Positions 52,378 to 64,000 of a DNA stretch of 64,000 bases are shown piece after piece; the first letter of the stretch is position 1, and every line of letters begins with the position of its first letter. The DNA comes from Lingula anatina. Its lineage: Eukaryota > Animalia > Brachiopoda. The notes below the pieces were generated by a model. That model was not told the DNA's origin, searched no databases, and saw only the letters and a list, made by a program, of their open reading frames with translations. Where the stretch lies: NCBI GenBank assembly GCA_051362555.1, contig CM120641.1, positions 28,712,401-28,776,400 of the forward strand, written 5' to 3'. Made by a program: the position numbers and the translations under genes.

Positions 52378-52422
<45 letters not shown>

Positions 52423-55400
52423 GACAATAATAATAACAATAACAAATAACAATTCATTGAGCTCTAAATGATACACATATACATAGATATGACATATTTC
52501 TATAATGTATCAAAAACTTATGTGCTGGAATTTCATTAAGGAGTATGAGTTCTTAATTAGAATTTAATAATAGAGATTATTCTTCTCTTTCACCTGGTAA
52601 ACCGTGATCTCTTCCTCTCTGTAGATTCAGTACGACAAGGTCCATCCCAAGCTGCTTCCTCCTCGGGTTTTCACTGAACAAGTGTAGAGTGACCTCTTCG
52701 GTGACCATACGGTCAATTGTCTCCATCTCAGTGTCCAAGGTACCGGACACCACAGAGTCAACACCTCCATTTTTCCAATCATACACCATCCCTGGGCGGG
52801 TAAAAATCTGTACAAGGACCAAAAAGGCATATTACAGTCATGATCAGTTAGATTAACGACGATATTTAAAGTTGGGAAATATAGGTACATGCAGAAGAAA
52901 CTATAGAGACTTAGACCCCATTTCCATAGATTTTAGATCGATCTATCCCTGTTGGGAGTCTCACTAGATTACTGTCAGCTTGGCCGGCTTAAGCGTCTGT
53001 CCCGCCTACTAAAAGCTGCAAGGGGGTAATTAACTATGGTGCCCGCTCGGCTGACTGCAATTTAGCGTGAACCCCCAGGGAGTTAGGTCGATCTAAAACT
53101 TAATCTTTAGATCGATCTAAATCTCTGGGAAAGCACCCTTATACACAAGATACCCAATGGCAACTTTTGACTCTTGTCAAAAGTTAACAGTTTTAATATT
53201 GTTATTTGCAAGGTAGGCTGTACACTAAAATGATTTTATAAGATGAATTTAAGCATTGTTATCACATAAACGATGTCAAAGTCGCATTTCTTTGAGATTT
53301 TGCCTCATAATTTCTTAATAATTACCTGATTAGGCCTAAAACCCTAACGAAAAAGTCTTATGGGATCCTATAAGATCCAATTTTCGTAAGGGAACTGCTG
53401 TTGAGAAGAAATTCATACTTTGTTTTGAGTTTAATATGTGATGATTTAGAAATAAAGTTATCACTTACGGTAGACGTATCAAAAGTTTCTATAACGTTGT
53501 GATTTATATCCGTTCTTTTCAGCTTTGTGGGGATAGTGCTGTGTCCAAAGCGAAAAACTGAGGTAGTGAAAACATTGCTGATACTTGCGTCCACGCTGTC
53601 GTCATAGCCTGTACAAAACAAGAAGTTTAAAACCGCACCTTTAAAGGGAAGTACTCAACGTCTGCTTTAAGCATAAATTAGATAAATTCAATTAAACAGA
53701 TTCTATACCGAGACTTTTTTTCTTCGTTATAGCCTGGGTTTAACCTTATTTGAAATACATGCCAGCTGATAGTTGATAAAATTCTATATTTGAGATATAT
53801 GTAATATATATTTGTTGAATAGTATATTTTAAAGCACATGAACTGTTTTTATTAAACTAAGTAATATAACTAATAGCCCTGATATAACTAAAGTCTTTGT
53901 AATGGTAAGAAGAGACTCAACTAACTCTGTCATGGTTAACCAGGAAACTAATTTAACTTCCTCATAAAAAAACAAAGTACATTTGTGTACTGAAGTCTAA
54001 ACAGCCTTTATCTTACGTGATATAGGGCCATCAAAATGTTTAATCACCTTTGAAAAACCCGTCCTTCAAAATATTCAATTGATATAATTGCATCAATTTT
54101 GGCCCGACAATGGCCGGCAGGAAATCCTGATACACGCAGTTCTGCCACTGGGCGATGTTGATCCTGCGAGCCTCTTGGAACAATCGCTCACCATCCCAGT
54201 GAGGGTTAATACTGTGCAGTCCATCCACTATCCGGTTGTGTTCACGAACAAGCATATGGTGATAACATGACAGGATGACGTTTTCGTTCACACGATCGTC
54301 ACCTAAAATGAGAGACCGCATATCTGTATCTATTCATTTATCTAAACATACAGAGGAAGACGCACATCAACATAAATGCGTACGTATAATGTGTTTTAAG
54401 GGCTCTTATATAAACTAAAATACCGGACGTAATATCGTTTTACTTTTGTTTACTTTTCTCATACATTTGTAGTACAAATATATATTCAAAAGACCTGTAC
54501 ATTCAGAATTATTGTTAACTTTTGTTTCTAATTGTATAAACTATTTATACTGCAAAAGTTCGAGAGAGAGACAGAAAGAGAGAGAGAGCAAAACAAAACA
54601 CGTGTTATAGACCTAATAACTGTTTGTATGAATTTAGCTTTTACTTTGTTATGGTTAGTTGAAGCGCGAGATATGTCGTCATTCACTCTCAGTGTTAAAG
54701 TGAACGCCTATAAAATCCAATGAGAAACGAGAAATGCATTTATGCTGTACAGTATAATCAAATAAAATGCACGTAACAATAATTTGTTCCAGTTGTATTA
54801 TCAAATGCTTTAAACTTTCCAGTTGCCATCCTTACCGAAAAACTACAATTAAGAGAATTAATTGTATTTATGTAGCAAATGGTTTGTTTTAGTGGTGCTA
54901 TTAACTTTTTGGTAATACATCAACGTTTTGTTTGGGTCTTGTGTCTGCACATTTTGACCTTAAGTAGTTGACCAAGACAAGGTGATAACAGATGTCCAGG
55001 GTTAAGGAATGTCTTAGCTGCTGTGTATCAAGGCACACACAAGTATATTCTATGAAAGATGTTTTGGAGATTATTCCATCGAGCTGCATTCAGTTAGAAG
55101 TCATTCAGCTTTGTAGCTGCGGATATATTTACCCGCAGTTTTAGCAGCTACACTGTATTATTACTTACGTTTCTTTATTGTTATTTGTACACCCTCCACC
55201 CTCCCCTACCACCTGCCTTCATCCTTGTGGTGTTTTTAACACTTAGACTTATTTACTTTCAAGCGGCACCTATTTGGACAGTGCCACTTTGCCTCTGGAA
55301 GGCCTGCTAATCAGAGGCATATGAGTTCAGTTATTCAGGAGACAGTTAATGCTCTCCATCACTTTTCTGGTAAAATTCACAACATTAAGAAGTGCATTAT

Positions 55401-56274
55401 TCAGGAGTAAAAATTTTGAGGTGATGTTTGGTATACTTATTCAAACCCCCCCCCCCCCCAATATTTTTTTTTCTCTTTTCATGACTACTGAAGCAGATTT
55501 GAGCATTGGCTCAATGTAACATGGTTGTATTTATGCTTGTTAGCTATAACTCATTTGGCACATTAATTAGTCATTTCAGTTTATCTGGTTATCATTTGTT
55601 TATTGATATATATCATACATGTGAGATTATTACTTTAAAACTATAGTTAGGTAAATGTACTATGCAGGGCATATGTGGCAGTACGTAGGCCAAGAGAGAC
55701 AACTCTATGATTGGGCTGTCAGAGCAATGAGGAAACCTACGTCCCCGTCCTAAAAAGGTAGGGGTTGCGTAGCTCGCTCTCAGCCTAGGCCGGCTTTAGA
55801 ATGTGCCTTTTGCCTTTTATTTTCATTTGCGCCAACCATTTGCGCCAACTTTTTGCTCCTATAGCTGTTGTGATTTCTCATATTTTTCATAAGCCTTTTA
55901 TTTTCATTTGCGCCAATTTTTTGCTCCTATAGCTGTTGTGATTTCTCATATTTTTCATAATTAATCCTGGTTACATTTCATTAACATACTTTATTATTTT
56001 TATATTTAGCACTTATATAGTTTGGGGGATGTTTATTATCTCCCCAGTTTCGTAACTTTGTATCTTATTAGTTTTCGTCATTAATAAATGACAATTTCAG
56101 TCATATGGACTTATCCTACTTAATTTGGAGCAAAAACAGAGCTTCGTTGTGCTTGTGAACATTTGGCTACATAAAATTAAATTTAAAAATGCTACATAAA
56201 AATGCATGCCTTTCATTTTGGCTGTCGTCTTCACCTTGTAGCTGTAAATACTTCGGTCTTCAATTTCGCCACCG

Positions 56275-56309
<35 letters not shown>

Positions 56310-56531
56310 CCAATATACACATGCAATACTCATAGAAAATAATAATAACTGACACAATTTAAACGGTTCTTACCTGCCAGGAAGCATCTAACACTTCCTG
56401 CTTCTTCTCGGCACGTCTCGTCATTCCTGACCGGCAGGAGCGGTTTAAGGGACGGCACAAACGGATGGGGCCTCATTTCCAATTTCCCAGTACCTGAAAT
56501 CAAACAGGTGCAGGTAGTTGAAATACTTCAA

Positions 56532-56575
<44 letters not shown>

Positions 56576-59500
56576 CCTATAATCAGTCATAGGAGCCTCT
56601 AGTATTTTTTTTTTGCACAGCTGAGGAATTATCGGGATAATCATTTTAATGCACGTTTTAAAAATCTTTTATTTACATTATTAAAATTCAGTCAGAATTA
56701 AGAACTGGAATTCTTTAATCTATCGCGTCATACCTCGGCGTGTCCGTGCCATTCGCATTTTTTTGTTTGCTTGATTCTTATTAACTATGTGCACATTTGG
56801 TGTATCTTACTCAAGCTGTTAATTTCACTTACTCCTGTCCTTAGCCCTTAGTTTTTCCGCCTCCTCTTTGGTGCTACCATACGCCTGGGAGAGGTCAAGG
56901 TATGCTGTGATGGCATTTTTTTGCTCACGAGGACCTGGTTATGTAGACAAATATATACCCAGATGTCATGTGTACATTGTATCACTATGTGTAACGGGGG
57001 TATTGCAAATTGTTATCCCTAAATGTATAGTGGCAGATAACTGGTGCTGTTGTCCCCACATTAAATATTAATTTATTTTCGCATGACAAAGTAACTTAAG
57101 GGTTTACAACATGGCCTATCTTTGCGATTAAAAAATCATAAACCATTTTAACCACCCTATGGGTGGACTTAATCGAAGCGGATTTATGAACAACAAGGTT
57201 GAAATATTTTAATATTGGATAAGAGTTATAAAGGTCAAAATAAAGTCAAAATCAAATCAACCACAACTCACCGAATACGCATCCCTGACGAGGAGCTGAA
57301 GAACTGCGGACGAACTCAAAGCATTCTTTATCGATACTGTGCACGTCGCCGTGCGGTATAGGTACAGGGTGGCACGAACTCAAGGGACCGGGGCCAAACG
57401 TGCAGTTGTCATGGCCGCATCGCACGTCAATGACATCTTTTTTGCCAGATTCTGAAAAAAAAGAGCTACCACGTGAAAAGCAATCCCAATAAGACAAAGA
57501 AAACAAGGATTTGCAATTTTTAAAAAAAAATCTGTGTTAATATTGGGGTATAGATTACAAGGTGATATACTGTATGTAGTTTGACCACCAAGACTCAAGA
57601 TAGTAAAAACATAGATTTTGAAAAGCATTGTATTTGTGATACATGTTGCTTTCTCGTGTTCATGAGGAGACGAAATAAGAAGACCAAGCCAAAATAGTAC
57701 CAGTAAGAGAAAGAATCTGGCACCAGAGGCTAGATCTCTCAGACAATTAATAGTGTTACCAGTGAGTCTTCTAAGACCAAGAGAATCACGTTAATGTTAT
57801 ATTTAGAGGTTGCTACGTACTGTCCCTTTTGAGGATTTTAGTCACTGGAGCTTTGCTTAAGTCGTGGTCCAGAAATTGTCCGAAGAAAGTGGCGGCTACT
57901 GTAATATAGTTCATTGGATTGGAAATGTCCTCATGAAGAATTCTGCTGACAAGACGGGGATTTGGTAGTGAACCTCCGTTTTTTGATCCCTTCAAAGAAC
58001 TGATCCCTAGTTGGTTAAAAAAAGGAAATTATTTTAAAGAGAATAAATGTTTTTTTTTTCTACAAGGCATGGCGTTTCGACCTGTCAATTTAAAAACTAA
58101 CAACCGATTTTCCCCTACGTGACCTCAAGGTTGTGTCGGAGAAATGCACGTAATGTAAACATACTCACCGTATCCCGTAACTACTTTGATGTCAAAAGTA
58201 TCACAAGGACAATTGTACACGATTTCATCGTTTGACGCCTGTGGCAAATGTAATCTAGACTTTACGCTCTTTTTTCTTATGCTTTTTTATGTCTACGTTA
58301 CTAGTGACAATGGGTGTCGATTCTTTGATGATTACAAGAAATATCGAAAGAATTATTACCTAATATCAAATAAATATCAATAGATATCAAATAAAAATCA
58401 TGTTACACGTGATCAGAACTTGTAGAGGTTGTACTCCACACTGAATTTACCTGTACCTCACGCTGACACAAAATCATCGCGTGACCGATCTACAAAACAG
58501 CTCGTGTGAACTCGTGTGAATTCGTGTGAGAACGGTGTTAGGCTTACCATCTTGGTATTGGGCTGGCAACAGACGGAGAAGTGGTGTGAACGATTTCCCC
58601 CAGAGTGAATTGCGCAGATTGTTGCAGGATCCGTCAATTGACCTAAAGCGTTCCGAGGCATCGCACTGCATTGCGTCTTCAGGGCAAAGAGCAAGTTTGT
58701 TTTCGAAGGAAGATGGTATTCGCTCTCTTATAACCGCTGGACTCAGTTTAATTAATTGCGGTGGATGAACGCCATATCTGAATATAAGGCATTTTAAGTT
58801 AAATCAATAGAAAATAAGTTCCGTTGTAGTCCAATTTATATAATTACCTGGTAGTGACAGGGCCAATGTTAACTTACATGTACTACAGACGAAAAGAGGG
58901 ATTCAAGGACGGACAGAATGTCGGTAAAATAGTTATCATTTGAGGTTAAATAAAATGTTTTAATATAGTTATTTGTACAGTACAATACAAATTTCACCAT
59001 TAATAAGTAGATAGAGAAAGTGAAATTGCTAATACTTATCTATACCTGTTGTCGTTGTTTAATATGCAAGAGAATTAGGATGAGGTCTCTTTAAAATGCA
59101 TGGAGTGCACACTGACAAAGAACTGCCATTTATCATCATTATCAATTGATAGTGACAAAAGAAACAATTACAACATACTTGTGTTATTTTCAGTCATCAA
59201 TAACTGCTTTCACAGAAGAGGAGAGAAAATATATTTACATTCGTAGGAGTCTCCTGTAAAACTCTGTTTGGAGTTGTCCATTGAAGTCCATGTATTTCGT
59301 CTTTATGTCTCCGCCTTTGAGCTTCCTAGAAATGACTCGAAACCCGTACACGAGGGAGTTTGTGGAATCTAAGGAATAAAATATTAATGTAAAACATCAG
59401 TACTGCATAGTTTCTGTGATGATAAAACTGGTTATAAAGATGCATATTAGTCGCAGTAGCCATGTAAAGTATGATGTAAAAAGTTTACATGATTTCAATC

Positions 59501-60651
59501 TACCGATGTTCTTAAAAACATTGTCAGACCGCCACTCCAAACCTCTATTTTTATACAGTGGCGTTGTGACAACACTCAGTAGGGCAAAGTCATAAGGGTG
59601 CCACTTTGAATTGCTGATAAAACTTACACCTCCGTCAATCAATCCCATTGGCCACACTTGTTAACTACTCTTGGCAAACGAAATCAATTTTGACTATATA
59701 GCCTTTCGGACGTGTATGTACAGACTTGGCTTTTAATATGGAATATTAAACTTTCAAAGGTATGCCAAGGTAAAAATGTGTTCCTTTAAAAAAACTCAAA
59801 TCTCATATAAGATATTTGAATAGTGAAGTGCGCTGTCAGGTATGTCGCTACCAATTAACTGACTACCATGGCTGTAGCACTGCTGCATTGCATAATATGC
59901 AGTGATTTAATTAGTGCTCCTTTGGACTGGTCAGAGATTGGTTCTGTCCAGAAAGTATCCACAAGGCGGCAAATACTGCATAGAATAATTTGAATTTTTG
60001 CATGCAAACGGTTTGCTTTGAAGTGCGTAAAATGAGCTAAGCAGTGTGTTACAACAGTGATAATCTATCCAGAATGGCGCGAAAAAGACAAGCATTGCAC
60101 GACAGATTATTGTGTCACACGGAATGGTTCTCACAGTTTTATAGTGTTATGCCCAGACTGATGTACCTACTTAGAGGCCACGTCCAGTGTATGGAATACT
60201 TACCACCAGGATACAGTACTCACTGTCCTGAGGGATATATTGCTGCAAATAAACAAAGACCACCCATTCCGTTCAGAATAATGGGCAAATTGCCACCAGA
60301 ACGCGTTCTGAAAGGCCCTTAGCGAACATCAGACTGGTTTTAGCAGGCTAAAATACCAGAAGACCTCTGAGGAAGCCACTGTAAACAGCAAAACATTGTC
60401 ATCTGTCTCTCTAATGAACTGGGGACCATGGCTGTTTCTGGGTAGAACACTGAAACCGCGTGGATTTCTTTATTGAGGTCAGATTTCACCTGCAGTGCTA
60501 AAGTAGTCAAAGTATAGTTTACATACATCCTGAAGAGGCCTTCGACAAAGAGTGTGTCGCGTCTTGACTGAATAGGGCCATTGACAGCATCAATATTTGG
60601 AGTGGATATCACATTGGTGCCAAAACACCAATGGTAGTCATCGATAAAAAC
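50599..60651 (-). CDS. Animal heme peroxidase (peroxidase-cyclooxygenase superfamily; chorion peroxidase/peroxinectin-like), 5' end unresolved. Exons 60651-60357, 59368-59239, 58777-58548, 58006-57821, 57451-57272, 56934-56833, 56493-56374, 54302-54048, 53608-53469, 52807-52594, 52314-52191, 51615-51328, (51248-51201), 50824-50599
   Basis: FRSIDGSCNNL, LPNPRLVS, GQFLDHD (distal His), CFEFVRS, REQKNAITAYLDLSQAYGS, CFLAGDDRVNE (distal Arg), REHNRI, FRFGHS (proximal His), [39 protein letters not shown]. Splice phases join all the listed exons. Confidence 0.92.
51777..52042. mobile_element. Truncated copy of the 49668-50110 MITE in a peroxidase intron
   Basis: ctcccacggtgtggaaaatttttaaaaactgtatg... 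is nearly identical and ends ggctacggccctg. Confidence 0.8.
52914..53138. mobile_element. Palindromic MITE, related to 20322-20542
   Basis: Inverted arms agattttagatcgatcta / tagatcgatctaaatct and internal tctcactagatta / gcaatttagcgtga. Confidence 0.6.
55812..55960. repeat. Local ~70-bp tandem duplication in a peroxidase intron
   Basis: ttttattttcatttgcgccaa...ttttgctcctatagctgttgtgatttctcatatttttcataa occurs twice. Confidence 0.8.
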
Positions 60652-60929
60652 CTGAACAAAATCAAATATAGGAATAATCTGGGAACCACTTTACTACCAT
60701 TTGATATGGGGCACATGAGGAACAATTTTAGATAGCACAATAAAAGTGCCGGTTCACACAGAGCACTTTTCTTTTAATCGCAGATAACTTGCAGAACCAA
60801 GAGCAGCCACCTTGGCTATCAAGATCGTCAGATTTGAACCACATGTACAGCCCGTGAGTAGGTCATTACTTACAAAAATACGGACTACTTATCCTACAAA
60901 TAAACCGAACCAAATTGGACAAGTTTTGA

Positions 60930-61320
60930 CCTACCCCTAGGAATGCCTTACCGCTTGAGAGCCCTGGTAGCAGCCAGATGAGGTCAGTCGCAACAGCGAC
61001 GGTTGCCGTGACTAGACACTGACATGAGGGTCCTTTTTGGGGCGTAAAACTCTTTTACAGACGATAACTTGGAAAATGTGGAGATCCAAAATATCGCTTT
61101 TAATGGTTGTCGTATGACTTAGAATCAGCAATGTATTTCGTTTGCCTCACTGGCGAATTCAATTAAAGAACTGATGTCTCAGTGACATCAAGGAGTTTAT
61201 TTAAAGTAATCAAAACACTATTTTAATCCTTATTTTTATTTATCAATCCGAAAAAATAGGAAAAATTGATGAAAAATGATTCGGAAAAAATTCTCCATAT
61301 TAAATGTCAAGTCTGTATAT
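60930..61320 (+). repeat. Dispersed repeat, copy of 39645-40005
   Basis: Co-linear similarity to 39645-40005. Confidence 0.8.
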
Positions 61321-61856
61321 GTACGAAGAACTTGATTAAATAATGGAAGTATAGTTATACATCCATGACTTAATGTTAACATGTCACTTAATTAAATTGC
61401 CCTCCAAGATCCAGGCAACTTCGATTTCCTTTTACACCAGTCTGGGCTCAGCCATAGCACTTCAAAAGTGAATGGTACTTAACTGCCACTTTATCTAGGA
61501 AAGTGACTTCGGAAAAGCTAGATTTTGCGTGGATAAAAAAAGAAAATAACACATAGGTTGAAGTAATTTTCATTGCGTTTAAGGTTGATTTTTGTATTGA
61601 GCGCGATAAAGATGTTAAAAACGTATTTAGTGAAACATATTTGACAAGTAAAATAGATAAATAAACATTACCTGTTTTAAAGGAACTTTAATTTGCAGAA
61701 ATGGGCTTAAGAGATGGGATTAAACTGACTGGAACTTAAATGGTTTCATATCATGCTTGCCAGAGAAAACGTACCTTTAATTTCATTTAAAAGAATAAAA
61801 GGAAAACAAAGATGTATAATCTTTTACAACAAATATGGCAGGGAAACTAGTGTGTG

Positions 61857-61891
<35 letters not shown>

Positions 61892-61916
61892 GTACCCATG
61901 TGTGCTGAACATGTAC

Positions 61917-62060
61917 CTGAGTAATTGGTGGAAAAGAGAAGTTCTGCGTCGATTTGGTCCTGAAGGGCAGTTCTAACGATGGCATATTCGGCTGACACAT
62001 CAAAGGTTCGTTCCAGCTTGTAAGTCACTTCGTAATTTCTTCCTGCAACTATGGTTAAAT
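61917..62060 (-). CDS. Probable upstream coding exon of the peroxidase gene (join to 60651 not resolved)
   Basis: Strong acceptor ttctttccag and open frame LTIVAGRNYEVTYKLERTFDVSAEYAIVRTALQDQIDAELLFSTNYS with donor G|gtacat. Its phase-1 end does not directly match the phase-0 start at 60651. Confidence 0.45.
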
Positions 62061-63761
62061 CTGGAAAGAAGGAAATTATCTGTTTAATACTAAATGCTGG
62101 ATACAGAGGAATTATTTACACCAAACACAAAAATCACTGTTATTTATTTATTTGTGTGTGTTTCTATTTGACTTTAGTATTGTAAAATTCAAAAGAAATG
62201 CCCCAATAAAACGACACAATTTACAGTGGTCGCCACTTATGAAACAAAACACCAGAAAAGACAGAAAGTACTATATACAGAAATACTATAACAAATGCTC
62301 TTTCAGTCCACTATTACTTCTGACAAGATCATCATCTGTCTCGTATTTGGCACGAAGCCGCCGTTTAATCACGTTTTGCCTATCTATTGCTTGAAGCACG
62401 CGACTGCAACCCACTGTGTCACGAAGCTGAGAAAGGCAAGGGTCCTGCCGGCGGTTTTTACGAGACATAAAATGAAAGACATCTTTATACAGGTACAGCA
62501 GCTTGCTACAGAAAAGTCGGGTGCAAACGAGACTTCAAACTTTAAAGTGAAAGTACATTTGAACCGCGCGTCGACAGAGAGTGGATTCCGAAAAAACGCA
62601 TATAAAACCATTTCTATTACTACACTTCTAATATCGACTTTAAATAATCTTTAAAATAGAGGGTATATACTTATTTATAGGTTATTTACTTTGGAATAAT
62701 ATATTCCATCAGTCTCATACATAGAATCACATATACATATGAAATATTAAAGAAGTTCGATCTGTGGCTAAAGTAACCAGACAAATCCAACATGAACAAT
62801 TTCCAAAATAAGCTGAAGTCAGCCTTCTGACAGATACAATCGACAACAGTTGTCAAACTTGTTCTCAATCTGGCTGTTGCTGGCCATGATCTTAAACAAC
62901 GCGTAGACGATTGCCCAGCCTCCAACTGAATGAATGAACATAAGCACGCACTCCCTCTCTCTTTCACATTCCTAACACACGCGCGCACGGTTCAGCTCGC
63001 AGATGGACACAATATGTCCTTGTAAAGGAATACATACGAAGTGAAGAACAAACTGCCTTGAATTGACCGGAACCCGAGCAGGACATTTAATAAATATGGT
63101 ATCTATTTACACTCTAAAACATTTGGATTTTTCAGTAGACTTAACAAGAGTAAATTACAGAAATAAGGTGAACAAAATAAATAAATAGCTATAATATTAA
63201 GATAATAAAAATATAATAAAGGTTAACTTTAAACCAGTCAAATCAGTGAAAACGTTAATTAGCTTGTTGAATCATACCTGATAATTATATAGCACAAGCT
63301 GAAAATATGCAGTTCAGGGCTAATGAACACAAGAAATCAGTGACTGTAGGCAATATCAGCTCCTTGAATCCGAACCAATCAACATCCCATGGAAGATACG
63401 AAAGGCAATCAACAGCCGTCACCAGCCACCCATGAATAGGGACGGGGGTGGGTTGTCGACCTACCTGACATTTATAAGAGTGTCCTGACCGCTATACCAA
63501 CTAAGGTTATTCTGATGAAGGCCAACGTCCAGGTTGGCCCCAAGCTAACGGTATGAAAATTATTTTCGGCTTGTGCTAAAGTAATTGTCGTGTATACCTG
63601 CAAATCAGCTATAAAACCTTTTGAAAAAAATGTATTTAGTTCTTATTTAAAATTGTCCTCATACTCTAAAGATTTTTAATACATCGGGGGAATGTTTCAT
63701 TCATTTGGTCTTGTAAAGCTACATGTAGGTCGCCATAGGTTTTCAGTCTGGGATTACATGG

Positions 63762-63920
63762 CAGGGGCGGATCCAGAGATATTTTCTGACAGTCTTCCAC
63801 ATTATCTTTGTTGATTCATCCTCCATTTTTTGACCGTCTTCCGACAGAAAAAATTAAATGTAAACTTGAAAATCTGACCGTCTTCCGGAAGACCCAGAAG
63901 ACGGTCTAAATCCGCCCCTG
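63762..63920. mobile_element. MITE, same family as 44749-44917, 5-bp TSD CATGG
   Basis: Identical TIRs and near-identical interior; catgg on both flanks. Confidence 0.9.
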
Positions 63921-64000
63921 CATGGCGTCAGCAATTACTGATAGGGTGGCCTTAAATTACGTTTTGGAGTATAATGAATGACTTAGTCCTGTCTCAATTT

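Noticed and set aside
63275-63400. Possible first or micro-exon of the peroxidase (donor CAG|gtatga near 63278)
   Set aside because: No convincing ATG/signal-peptide frame or phase match could be established by eye.

Overview
AT-rich, intron-containing animal (invertebrate, probably lophotrochozoan) genomic DNA. About 1-30 kb is a compact housekeeping block: GMF (+, first exon outside the window), cornichon CNIH (-), a DMAC1/TMEM261-like membrane gene (+) that appears to encode two alternative C-terminal modules, MRPL11 (-) and SF3B2 (+). CNIH/DMAC1-like and MRPL11/SF3B2 are head-to-head pairs. About 30.6-46.6 kb is a three-copy tandem array (-) of a 4-coding-exon ankyrin-repeat gene. Each copy has a ~65-aa non-ankyrin domain (V-x-LVRGKD...AWHYVLV...LDVADYGRVL-x-SGWGQDPP) inserted between repeats; from memory it resembles a small bacterial hypothetical protein family. 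Each copy also has a conserved IRF/NF-kB/CRE-like motif cluster at its 5' end. This is the most interesting candidate system. About 50.6 to at least 60.7 kb is a multi-exon animal heme peroxidase (-) with an unexplained N-terminal extension and a candidate Cys-rich cassette exon. Introns and intergenic DNA carry many MITEs and two Helentron-like elements with internal satellite arrays. Exon structures were read by eye from GT/GC-AG sites and reading phase. No database searches were run.
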